DNA of 46,933 nt from Ascoidea asiatica JCM 7603 (taxonomy: Eukaryota; Fungi; Ascomycota). The position numbers and the translations under genes were made by a program. Position 1 is the first letter of the stretch. The number at the start of each line of letters is the position of its first letter. This document shows, piece by piece, positions 37,268-46,933 of this stretch. The notes below the pieces were generated by a model. It was not told the DNA's origin and searched no databases. It saw nothing but the letters and a program-made list of their open reading frames with translations. The DNA is taken from assembly GCA_001600695.1 (NCBI GenBank), contig BCKQ01000016.1, positions 273,814 to 320,746 on the forward strand, in the 5' to 3' direction.

Positions 37268-38248
37268 TTTACTTCTATTGTATATATCAAATTAGCTAAT
37301 TTCAATTTGAGCTTATGAATTTTCCTCATTCCTAAAATATCATTTTATTTACTTGCTCCTTATTTCTACTTCGTTATTCCTAATTCCCTATTCCTAAACC
37401 CTTATTCCTAATTCTTTATTATCCTATATCATATTTTATACCGTTACAGTATCCCAATTTTGAATTCTTTTATTTCTTTCATCTCAATTAGTGCCCATGA
37501 TTTTACTTTATTCCTTCATTTAAGTTTTTTTTTTCTTTACAGATCTAATATCTCCGGTTAATAAACTGCAATCAGTTGCTTTCAAATTATTATTTTTTTT
37601 GTTAATTTTATTATCTATTAATGTTCATGTCAATGTTTATGACAATCCTACTATTTGACTAATAGTTACAATACTCTTCCTTTTCTTTTTGTTTCAAGCT
37701 TTTTTTTCAATTTTTGGTAAGAAAGATAGAATAAATAAATTTTTATTATTTTTGTTTTTTGCAATATAAAAAATGGCTTTATACTTTGCAAAATTTTATA
37801 GAAATATTCGTGTTTATGATTATCCCAAGTATTCCAAATAATGAATTGGTCATTTCAAATTTCTAGTTCACAAAGATATCTACTTTATGGATATATGAAT
37901 AAATTTTAAAGTCAAATCAGAAAATATATTCCAATTATTTCATTTATTTACTGTGTTTTGGTTAATAAAACTTCTCGGGTTTGTTTTAGTTTTCAAATTT
38001 CTTTCGCTTACATATCCCTTATTTAATTTTGCTGCTTTTTTATTTATTTGTTTTTACTTTATATAATGAATATTATTTTTACCATTTTTCTCATGTTTTG
38101 TTTTACTTTTACTTTTTTTTGGCTTTTGTGTCATATTTACAGAACCGTTCTAAAATTTAGGTCTCACCATTATAAATTTAGATCCTATTATTCTAAACTT
38201 TAAAATAAAAGATTAACTTTGGAAACCAAAATATTTAACTATGTAGCA

Positions 38249-38375
38249 CACGTGAATATCATTAGGGCTTTATTTAATTTTTTTTATTTATGTCAGTTAT
38301 GAGACTGCAATTAAAAATACTTTGAAATCTCAAGCAACGCAATTTAATTTTTTTTTTTTAAGGCTGCGGCACGTG
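38249..38375 (+). promoter_or_regulatory. RPP0 promoter: two CACGTG(AATA) Cbf1-type sites (38249, 38370) and a TTAGGGCT Tbf1-type site (38262-38269)
   Basis: Motif matches; this combination is known for ribosomal protein promoters in Candida albicans. Confidence 0.6.
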
Positions 38376-38675
38376 AATACTTTATACAATTTCCGGATTG
38401 TTGATTTAATAAACCAACAACGGATATTCTTCAATACCTTAGTTGATATTATCGAAGGTTGCACCCACAGTTGTGAAATAGTACACCTGCTAGTAAAAGG
38501 ATAGTGAAATATAGATGAGAATATATTAAAATTTTAGAAAGATATTAGAATTAGAAAAAAGATATTGAAATTCAATAAACAAGATTAAATAAGAGTTATT
38601 TATTATAAAATTAATAGAGTAACCTTTAAATATCCTATCCTCAAGTATATATCAAATTATAATTAAAGAGTCGAA

Positions 38676-39617
38676 ATGGGAGGCACTCGTCAACAAAAAG
38701 AAGCTTACTTCACCAAATTACGTGAATATTTAGAAGAATATAAATCCATTTTTGTTGTTGGTGTTGATAATGTTTCATCACAACAAATGCATGAGATTAG
38801 AAAATCTTTACGTGGTAAAGGTGTAGTTCTTATGGGTAAAAATACTATGGTTAGAAGAGCTATTAGAGGTCTGTTACATGAATTACCAGATTTTGAAAAA
38901 TTATTACCTCATGTTAAAGGTAATGTTGGATTTATTTTTACAAATGAAGATTTAATTGAAACAAGAGATTTAGTTTTAGCAAATAAAATCCAAGCACCTG
39001 CAAGAGCTGGTGCATTTTCAGAAAATGATATTTTTATTCCAGCTATTAATACTGGTATGGAACCAGGTAAAACATCATTTTTTCAAGCTTTAGGTGTACC
39101 AACCAAAATTACTAGAGGTACAATTGAAATTACAACTGAAGTTAAAGTTGTTGAAGGTGGTAAAAAAGTTGGACCATCAGAAGCATCATTATTAAATTTA
39201 TTAAATATTTCACCATTTACATATGGTATGAGTATTGTTCAAGTTTATAATCAAGGACAAGTTTTTCCATCTTCAGTTTTAGATATTACAGATGATGAAT
39301 TATTAGAACAATTTATTAAAGCAATTTCTGTTGTTACAAAAATTTCATTAGCAATTAATTATCCAACATTACCATCAGTTGGACATTCAATTGTTAATTA
39401 TTATAAGAATATTTTAGCAGTTTCAATTGCAACTGAATATACATTTGAAGGATCAGAAAAATTAAAGGATATGTTAGCAAATCCAGAAGCTTATGCAGCA
39501 GCAGCCCCAGTTGAATCAGAAAGTAAATCTGAAGAAACTAAAGAAGATGCTGAAGAAGAAGCTGAAGAAGATGAAGATTCTGAAGATGATGATATGGGAT
39601 TTGGATTATTTGATTAA
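38676..39617 (+). CDS. RPP0: 60S acidic ribosomal protein P0 (uL10)
   Basis: [44 protein letters not shown] and C-terminal [10 protein letters not shown]. Confidence 0.98.
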   Translation: MGGTRQQKEAYFTKLREYLEEYKSIFVVGVDNVSSQQMHEIRKSLRGKGVVLMGKNTMVRRAIRGLLHELPDFEKLLPHVKGNVGFIFTNEDLIETRDLVLANKIQAPARAGAFSENDIFIPAINTGMEPGKTSFFQALGVPTKITRGTIEITTEVKVVEGGKKVGPSEASLLNLLNISPFTYGMSIVQVYNQGQVFPSSVLDITDDELLEQFIKAISVVTKISLAINYPTLPSVGHSIVNYYKNILAVSIATEYTFEGSEKLKDMLANPEAYAAAAPVESESKSEETKEDAEEEAEEDEDSEDDDMGFGLFD

Positions 39618-40033
39618 GTTTAATTTAATTAGTTATATAATTATCAATAAATATTTATCTAGATTTATTTATTTAAATATTTACTTAATAAATATCTTAT
39701 TTTCGATATAATATAATTCATTGATATCTTGATATTATACATAAGAATAATAGAGTTAATTTAATAAAATAAAATTACAATAAAAGATTAATTTTTTTTA
39801 TATACAATGAGTCATTCAATTAAGACTATAAAGATATATATAAATAATATATGATTTTTTTTGATAATTTTTAAAATTTTTTTTTTTTTTAAAAAGTAGG
39901 TAAACCATTCCAGTGATTAAAACTTTGATAATAATAAAGATAAAGATAAAGATAAAAAGATAAAGATAAAAATGTAAATGTACAATAATAAATTAATGAA
40001 TTAAATAAAAAAGTTAAGAAATATTAAGAAATA

Positions 40034-41260
40034 TTAATTATTTTCTGGACGTAATTTTCTAACTTCTTTACCAACTTTCCAAATTTCCATATCTCTAATA
40101 ATTTGTAATTCTTTTTCTAATTTAATTCTATAATCAGGTTGAGAATTAAAATCTAAAGATCTTTTAGTTTCTTTACCAGTTTTTACAGAAGAATATAATT
40201 CTTCAAAAACTGGTTTTAAAGCATTTTTAAATTTTGGATACCAATCTAAAGCACCTCTTCTTGCAGTTGTTGAACAAGCATCATACATATAATCCATACC
40301 ATTTTTACCAATTAAAGGATATAAAGATTGAGTTGCTTCTTCTACAGTTTCATTAAAAGCTTCAGAAGGAGTATGACCATTTTCTCTTAAAACATCATAT
40401 TGAGCTAAAAACATACCATGAATACCACCCATAAGACAACCTCTTTCACCATAAAGATCAGAATTTACTTCTCTTTCAAAAGTTGTTTTATAAACATAAC
40501 CAGAACCAATAGCAATTGATAAAGCTAAAGCTTTTTCTTCAGCTTTACCAGAAATATCATTCCAAATTGCAAAAGAAGAATTAATACCTCTACCTTCTTT
40601 AAATAAAGATCTTACAGTTCTTCCAGAACCTTTTGGAGCAACTAAAATTACATCAATATTATTTGGTGGTATAACACCTGTTAATTTATTAAAAACAGGT
40701 GAAAAACCATGTGAGAAATATAAAGTTTTATCATTTGTTAATAATGGTTTAATAGTTGACCAAGTTTCAGATTGAGCAGCATCAGATAATAAATTCATAA
40801 TATAATTACCTTTTTTAATTGCATTATTAATTGAAAATAAATTTTTACCAGGAATCCAACCATCTTGTAAAGCAGATTTCCAAGATGAACCATTTTCTCT
40901 TACACCAATTATTACATTTAAACCATTATCTCTTAAATTTAAACCTTGACCATAACCTTGAGAACCATAACCAATTAAAGTTAAAGTATCATTTTTAAAA
41001 TAATTTAATAATTTTTCTCTTGGCCAATCAGCTCTTTCATGTACAATTTCTTCAGTACCACCAAAAGAAATAGTTTTAATATTTCTTGAAAATTGAAAAT
41101 TTAAATTATTTTTTTTTATAATTGAATTTGAATTTGAAATTGAATTTGAATTTGAATTTGAATTAATTGAAGATGATAAAATTGATAAAGATCTTTTTGA
41201 AATTAAATTTTTTGAAGAAACTTTAGATAAGTTAATTGAAGCTAATCTTAAAGAGGACAT
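40034..41260 (-). CDS. ILV5: Mitochondrial ketol-acid reductoisomerase
   Basis: Presequence; IGYGSQGYGQGLNLRDNG, VAPKGSG, SDLYGERGCLMG and ACSTTARRGALDW. Confidence 0.98.
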   Translation of the reverse strand: MSSLRLASINLSKVSSKNLISKRSLSILSSSINSNSNSNSISNSNSIIKKNNLNFQFSRNIKTISFGGTEEIVHERADWPREKLLNYFKNDTLTLIGYGSQGYGQGLNLRDNGLNVIIGVRENGSSWKSALQDGWIPGKNLFSINNAIKKGNYIMNLLSDAAQSETWSTIKPLLTNDKTLYFSHGFSPVFNKLTGVIPPNNIDVILVAPKGSGRTVRSLFKEGRGINSSFAIWNDISGKAEEKALALSIAIGSGYVYKTTFEREVNSDLYGERGCLMGGIHGMFLAQYDVLRENGHTPSEAFNETVEEATQSLYPLIGKNGMDYMYDACSTTARRGALDWYPKFKNALKPVFEELYSSVKTGKETKRSLDFNSQPDYRIKLEKELQIIRDMEIWKVGKEVRKLRPENN

Positions 41261-41446
41261 TTTGGAAATAAATTAAGATATTAATTAATAATATTAATGA
41301 TAATAATTAAAAGTGTATATGAGTGAAGTGAATAAATAATAATGGGTTGAAAATAATAAAAAGAATTGAAAGGTGGATATTAAAATTAAGGAGAAATTAA
41401 GTAGTTTTTATATTAATAAGGTTAATTGAAGTAGAATTAAATGAGA

Positions 41447-41453
41447 TGAGTCA
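41447..41453 (-). promoter_or_regulatory. Gcn4 site TGACTCA upstream of ILV5
   Basis: Exact consensus about 190 bp upstream of an amino-acid biosynthesis gene. Confidence 0.6.
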
Positions 41454-41926
41454 ATGAAAAATTGAAATTAATGCAATTGAGAAAAGAATATGAGAAGTGA
41501 AAAATTGAGATTGTAACGGTAACAGAGAGCAGCATCGAAGATTTGGAGATTTGGAGATTTGGAGATTTAAGAGAATAAACAAGGAGAGGACACGTGATGC
41601 AGCACCGGTTAAGGAGAAACAAGAAGAAGAAGACGAGGAAGAGAGAAGAGAAGAGAGAGAAGAGAGTAGAGAAGACAGACTGAGGGACGGGAGAGAGAAG
41701 AGAGAGACCGGTGCAGGAGACTGGAGGGAGACAGAGACAGACAGAGACCAGTTCAGCGGGACTCCTGCTTCTCTGTCACTTATCTCTTATCACTCACTTA
41801 TCTCATTGCAGTCAATTGGTACTATTATTACTTAGATGCTATGTTATAATAATAATCAATGTAATCAATCATAACTACTCAATTACAAACAATATAAATA
41901 TAATAATATATCACCATAGATTAACA

Positions 41927-42586
41927 ATGGTGACTATGGTGACTATGGAGGATAAACCAGAAACTGCAAGAACTGGTAGAGATACTCAGTATTTCAATCC
42001 ACTAACTGGAGCAAGAGTAGTTGCAGGTTGTGTGGTGTTGAATAGTGAAAGAGATAAAGTATTAATGATCACTGCAACAAAGAATATAAATAGGTGGATA
42101 TTACCTAAAGGTGGTGTTGAAATTGATGAAGTAGATACAATCACTGATTCAAGTAATTTAAATAATTTAAATAATTTAAATAATTTAAATAATTTAAATT
42201 TTGAAAAATCTGCAAAAAGAGAAACTTGGGAAGAAGCTGGAGTTATTGGTAATATAGATAAATATCTTGGTGTTATATATGTTGATAAAAAAGATGAAAG
42301 AATTTCAAATGATAATAATAATAATAATAATAATAATCAAATATTTATAACTAATTCCAATGATAAAAATTTTAATCTTGATTTAATTTTAAATAATAAT
42401 ATTATACCAAAAACTGAATATCATTTATATCAATTAATTGCAATAAATTTATTAAATAAATTTCCTGAATCAAATAAAAGAAAAAGAAAATGGTGTGATT
42501 ATAAAACTGCAATTTATGAATTAAATAAATCAAAAAGATTAGAATTAATTAAAGCTTTAAATTTATCTCAAATTAAAAAAGATTAA
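41927..42586 (+). CDS. DDP1: Diphosphoinositol polyphosphate / ApnA Nudix hydrolase Ddp1
   Basis: First in-frame ATG is at 41927. Motifs ARTGRDTQ...TGARVVAGCV, RWILPKGGVE, RETWEEAG and FPES.KRKRKW. Confidence 0.9.
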   Translation: MVTMVTMEDKPETARTGRDTQYFNPLTGARVVAGCVVLNSERDKVLMITATKNINRWILPKGGVEIDEVDTITDSSNLNNLNNLNNLNNLNFEKSAKRETWEEAGVIGNIDKYLGVIYVDKKDERISNDNNNNNNNNQIFITNSNDKNFNLDLILNNNIIPKTEYHLYQLIAINLLNKFPESNKRKRKWCDYKTAIYELNKSKRLELIKALNLSQIKKD

Positions 42587-42829
42587 CATATATAAACATA
42601 TATATAAACATATATATAAACATATAAGTATTATAAATCCACTTTATCGGGTCTTCTTCTATAAATATCTACCTCTTCTATTACCCGTGCCACGCAACAT
42701 TCAACCTTCTGAAAACTTTCTCTTTTCTCTTTACCACCTATAAATTATATTTCTCTTCTCTTTTTCTTCTCTTTCTTAATAACTAAAGAACTAAAGAACT
42801 AAAGAAAAAGAACTAAATACATTACTAAA

Positions 42830-43561
42830 ATGTCTACTCCAAAAATTGAAGAAGTTATTGAAGAAGTTCATGAACATTCTCATTCTCATTCTCATGATGA
42901 TCATGATCATGAACATGAACATGAACATGAACATTCTCACGATGATAACGATCATGATCATGAACATTCTCATTCTCATTCTAATTCAACAACTGATCAA
43001 TCAAATTCAATTCCAACAACAAATGAAATTCCTCAAGGTTCAGAAGTTTCTGTTTTTTCAAAAAATGAAAAAAAAGCAAGAAAATTATTAAGTAAATTAA
43101 ATTTAAAAAAAATTGAAGGTATTCAAAGAGTTACTTTTAAAAAAAAGGGTAATTCAATTTTTGCAATTGATAAACCTGAAGTTTTTAAATCTCCTGCTGG
43201 TACTTATATTGTTTTTGGTGAAGCAAAAATTGAAAATTTATCTCAAAAATATCAACAAGCTGCTAATTCTCAATCTAATTTACAACAACAACAACAAACT
43301 GATAATAATGATAATAATGATGATTCAATTATTTCTAAAGATCCAGATTCAATTACTAAAGATTTAGAAGCTGCAACTTTAAAAGATACAACTTCTAAAC
43401 CTAATGAAGATGATAATGAACCTGTTGATGAAACTGGTTTAGATAAAAATGATATTTCAATTGTTATGGAACAAACTAATGTTTCAAGATCAAAAGCTGT
43501 TAAAGCTTTAAAAGAAAATAATGGTGATATGGTTAATGCAATCATGAGTTTATCCTCTTAA
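42830..43561 (+). CDS. EGD2: Nascent polypeptide-associated complex alpha subunit with a His-rich N-terminus
   Basis: SKNEKKARK..GIQRVTF..FAIDKPEVFKS..TYIVFGEAK; C-terminal UBA domain VMEQTNVSRSKAVKALKENNGDMVNAIM. Confidence 0.95.
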   Translation: MSTPKIEEVIEEVHEHSHSHSHDDHDHEHEHEHEHSHDDNDHDHEHSHSHSNSTTDQSNSIPTTNEIPQGSEVSVFSKNEKKARKLLSKLNLKKIEGIQRVTFKKKGNSIFAIDKPEVFKSPAGTYIVFGEAKIENLSQKYQQAANSQSNLQQQQQTDNNDNNDDSIISKDPDSITKDLEAATLKDTTSKPNEDDNEPVDETGLDKNDISIVMEQTNVSRSKAVKALKENNGDMVNAIMSLSS

Positions 43562-43632
43562 TATTAATTACACTTTTTATCTATTATATAAAATATATAT
43601 ATATAATTAATATACAGTAAGTATATATTAAA

Positions 43633-44238
43633 TCACATAACTGGTAATGGCCTTGTATTAAATATTATCTTATATCTAATAATATCAATAATCTCAACTT
43701 TTTCATTTAAATAAAATTTACCATTCAATTTATAATCTAAATCTATATTACCACTATTATCATCTTCTTTATTACCATATTCATTAATTAATTTTGGTAT
43801 TTTTATTAATCCTAATGGTTTCTCCAATTTTTCAATATTACCTAAAAATCTTTGCGTTTTACTTATAAATAATGAACTTTTTTTTTTTTTAAAATCAATC
43901 TCAATCTTACCTATTTTTAAAGCTTCTTTAAATTCATTCTTATTTATATATTCTTCTGTAAAAAATTCATTAATATATTCTTTTTTATTTTTAACTTGTT
44001 TATTAACTTGTTTATTAACTTGTTTATTAACTTTACTTTTATTTTCATCTAATTTAATCTTGGGATAAAATAATTCTCCTTGAATTTCAATTAAAACTAT
44101 ACCTAAATTTGTACTCATATATATTTCTTCTCCATTACTACTACTAATCCTATTACTATTACTCTTATTACTCTTATTTTTATTAAAGTTTATTAATTGT
44201 TCAGAGACTTTAGAATAATCTACTTCTATCGCTGGCAT
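43633..44238 (-). CDS. CTF8: Chromosome transmission fidelity protein 8 (Ctf18-RFC)
   Basis: VLIEIQGEL, QRFLG.IEKLEKPL and YKIIFNTRPLPVM; adjacent to LNP1 and EGD2 as in S. cerevisiae. Confidence 0.88.
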   Translation of the reverse strand: MPAIEVDYSKVSEQLINFNKNKSNKSNSNRISSSNGEEIYMSTNLGIVLIEIQGELFYPKIKLDENKSKVNKQVNKQVNKQVKNKKEYINEFFTEEYINKNEFKEALKIGKIEIDFKKKKSSLFISKTQRFLGNIEKLEKPLGLIKIPKLINEYGNKEDDNSGNIDLDYKLNGKFYLNEKVEIIDIIRYKIIFNTRPLPVM

Positions 44239-45105
44239 TTCATTTATTATTATCTATTATATTATTCTATTATATCATTATATTATTATATTATTATATT
44301 CTTATAATCTATTATATTACTCTTATTCTTCTTTTTACACCAAACGGAAATTGATACAATTTTACCATACAAAATATTCAACTCAATTTGACACCAAAAT
44401 AAAACTTCAAAACAAAGCAAAAAGAAATAAATAATCAAAACAATAAATAAATAAACAAGTAATAAACAAGTAATAAACAAGTAATAATCAAGTAATAAAT
44501 TATTAATAAATTATTAATATATAAATATAAGTCAGATTATTAAATAAATTAATAAATTAATAAATAAAGAGTTAATTAATTCAATTCAAAGTCAATTCAC
44601 TACAATTGTGATATATTAATACTTATTATCCTCAATAACCCTAGTATTTAATTCACTTACTCTATCTCAATATTTCATCTCATTATAATTATCATTATAA
44701 TTATCATTATCATTATCATCGTCATTTAATTCAATTTGATAAATAACTCGTTCAATTGATAATAAATAAATTAAAGAATCTTATCTGAATATCTTTATTC
44801 TATTATCTTACAATATTATCACATTCATAGTTCTTTTAAACATTAAAAAGATCTTCTTAAATAATATTTTTATTATAATAAATTAACTTCTACATTTAAG
44901 TTAATACCAACACATCAACTTTCTTTATTCTCATTCAATTATTTATTCATTTGTTTAATTTTTCAATTGTTTATCTATTCAGTTCATTGTTTGAATAACG
45001 TCTCCTATTACTATTATATTATATTATTATATTTTTATATTAAATCAATTTATTTCTTAGAATTTCAATTTCATTCATATCTTATATATATCAAAATTAA
45101 TAATT

Positions 45106-46827
45106 ATGGCTTGGTGGTTTTTTAAAAGAGAAAAACCTTTTAATCCATTAACTTTTGAAAAAGAATTAGATGAAATTTCAAAAAAAATTAATAAAAATGA
45201 AAAATATTTAATTAATTTTAAAAGTTCTTATATTAAATATCAAAAATTAATTAATTTTTATTTAATTATTTCTTATTTAATTTTTTTATTTTATAATTTA
45301 TTAACTTCTCAGATTTTTTTAAATTTTTTAAAATTTAAAAAAAATTCAATAGTTTCTTCATCATTATCTTCATCAGAAACTTTAAAAAATTTTAATAATA
45401 ATAAATTACAAATTTTAATTGTTTTAATTGCTCCAGTTTTAATTTATTCATTAAATTTAATTTTAAATTTTTATTATAATTATAAAATTTTAAGTATTTT
45501 AAAAAAAATTAAAAAATTAAGAATTAAACATGAAAATAAAATTAAAGAATTAAAAATTAAAACTAATTTCTTAAAAACAAAAAGACTTTTAAAAAAATAT
45601 AGTGTTGATAATATTGATGAAGAAGATTATTATGATGATGATGATATAAATGAAAAACAAAAACAAAAAGAAAATGATTTAAGAAATAAAAGAAGATCTC
45701 AAACTTATTCTTCTGGTTCAATTCTTTTAAACCAGAATAATAATAATAATATTATACATTCAGATTCTCAAAATAATCAATTAAATTTAAAAAGTAATTC
45801 TATGAATAATAATAAATCAAAACTAAGTAATAATATTTTGATTGATGATGATATTAATGAAAAAATTAAAAATAAACCGGATATAATTATAGAAGAAGAT
45901 GAAGATGAAGATGTTAATATTGATGAGGTTGAACAAATTGAAAGAAAAATCAAAGCAAAACAAGAAATTAAAAGAAGAAAACAATTTTTAAAAGATAAAT
46001 ATAATATTAATGTTGATAATGCTTCATTATCTTCAATTCCAATACCTACAAATTCTCCATTATATTATGGTGAATCTTCAAATAATTTTGCTAATAATTT
46101 AAGAAATTCTTCAAATGGTTTTAATCTGTTTGGATCTAAATTAGGTACTGGAAATCGTTGGTATGATTCAATTTTTAGTGCTTTAGTCGGTAATGATGAA
46201 ATTGCAGAAGAAACAAGATATGCATTAGTTTGTCTGAATTGTTTTTCTCATAATGGTTTAGCTTTACCAGGAAAATTACCATATCAAGTTACATATATTT
46301 GTCCTAAATGTGGGTTTTTAAATAATCCTAAAGCATCAAAAAAAAATGAATCTTCAAATAATATTAATTCAAATTCAATAAATAATAATAATAACAATAT
46401 TAGCAATAATAACAATAATAACAATAATAACAATAATAACAATCTTAATAATAACCGAAGAGATATTAATAGTTTCTCATTAAATGAAAATAATACATTA
46501 GATTCTTTAATAATAACTGATGAAAATAATCATTCAAGTAATAATATTCTACAACGTCCAAGAATGGATAGTATAAGTAGTATAGGTAGTACACCAAGTG
46601 TTCTAAGTGCAAATATGTCAATGTTCAATATACCAAATCCAAATAATCCAAGGGGTCGTAATAATAATTTGACTTCACCTTTATCAATGAAACATGAAGT
46701 TTCTAATTCAATTACAAAAGATATCTCAAAAGTAAATAATACTATAAATAATATCAATTATGAAAATGACAGCAGCCTTAGTAACAAAGATAATAACAAC
46801 AATAATAATAAGAATAAAGATAAATAG
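45106..46827 (+). CDS. LNP1: ER junction protein Lunapark
   Basis: FEKEL N-terminus, two TM segments, coiled coil, WYD.I...LVG.DE, and zinc finger RYALVCLNCFSHNG...YICPKCGFLN. Confidence 0.9.
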   Translation: MAWWFFKREKPFNPLTFEKELDEISKKINKNEKYLINFKSSYIKYQKLINFYLIISYLIFLFYNLLTSQIFLNFLKFKKNSIVSSSLSSSETLKNFNNNKLQILIVLIAPVLIYSLNLILNFYYNYKILSILKKIKKLRIKHENKIKELKIKTNFLKTKRLLKKYSVDNIDEEDYYDDDDINEKQKQKENDLRNKRRSQTYSSGSILLNQNNNNNIIHSDSQNNQLNLKSNSMNNNKSKLSNNILIDDDINEKIKNKPDIIIEEDEDEDVNIDEVEQIERKIKAKQEIKRRKQFLKDKYNINVDNASLSSIPIPTNSPLYYGESSNNFANNLRNSSNGFNLFGSKLGTGNRWYDSIFSALVGNDEIAEETRYALVCLNCFSHNGLALPGKLPYQVTYICPKCGFLNNPKASKKNESSNNINSNSINNNNNNISNNNNNNNNNNNNNLNNNRRDINSFSLNENNTLDSLIITDENNHSSNNILQRPRMDSISSIGSTPSVLSANMSMFNIPNPNNPRGRNNNLTSPLSMKHEVSNSITKDISKVNNTINNINYENDSSLSNKDNNNNNNKNKDK

Positions 46828-46933
46828 TTATCAGATTTTATAGGTGGTATAAAGAACTTCTTTATCAGTTTAATCTCTTTAATAAAATATGGTATGAAAC
46901 GTTTTGTTCATGATAAACCATATAATCATTTTT

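Noticed and set aside
39807-39815. Perfect Gcn4 site ATGAGTCAT
   Set aside because: It lies in the convergent RPP0/ILV5 terminator region with no promoter to serve, so it is likely chance.
41711-41926. 72-aa N-terminal extension of DDP1 in the ORF track
   Set aside because: It starts at a GTG in promoter DNA, and homology begins after the ATG at 41927.

Overview
Very AT-rich nuclear DNA from a budding yeast (Saccharomycotina). The Asn-rich proteins and a Moco-biosynthesis gene would fit a Pichiaceae/methylotroph-type yeast such as Candida boidinii, but this is inference only. The window holds about 20 protein-coding genes: BUD3, an MNN4/LicD-family gene, URA5, a 3-exon GBP2/HRB1, FIG1, SGF29, a choline-monooxygenase-like oxygenase, MOCS2B/MoaE, MRP7, ARP6, a Mug135-like orphan, RPB10, POB3, a 1241-aa low-complexity orphan, RPP0, ILV5, DDP1, EGD2, CTF8 and LNP1. 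I recognised no tRNA, rRNA or transposase. The main unexplained structure is that bases 1-367 are an exact reverse complement of 26293-26659 (ARP6 promoter plus first 24 codons). A perfect inverted repeat of at least 367 bp, whose left arm runs off the window, therefore brackets a 25.9-kb block from BUD3 to MRP7. This is a candidate invertible (flip/flop) segment with no MAT genes in it. Other notable points are an oxygenase alpha subunit that lacks its Rieske [2Fe-2S] ligands but keeps the catalytic Fe motif, a Mug135-like gene immediately beyond ARP6, a 1-kb intron in GBP2, and a repeat insertion inside the DDP1 Nudix box.
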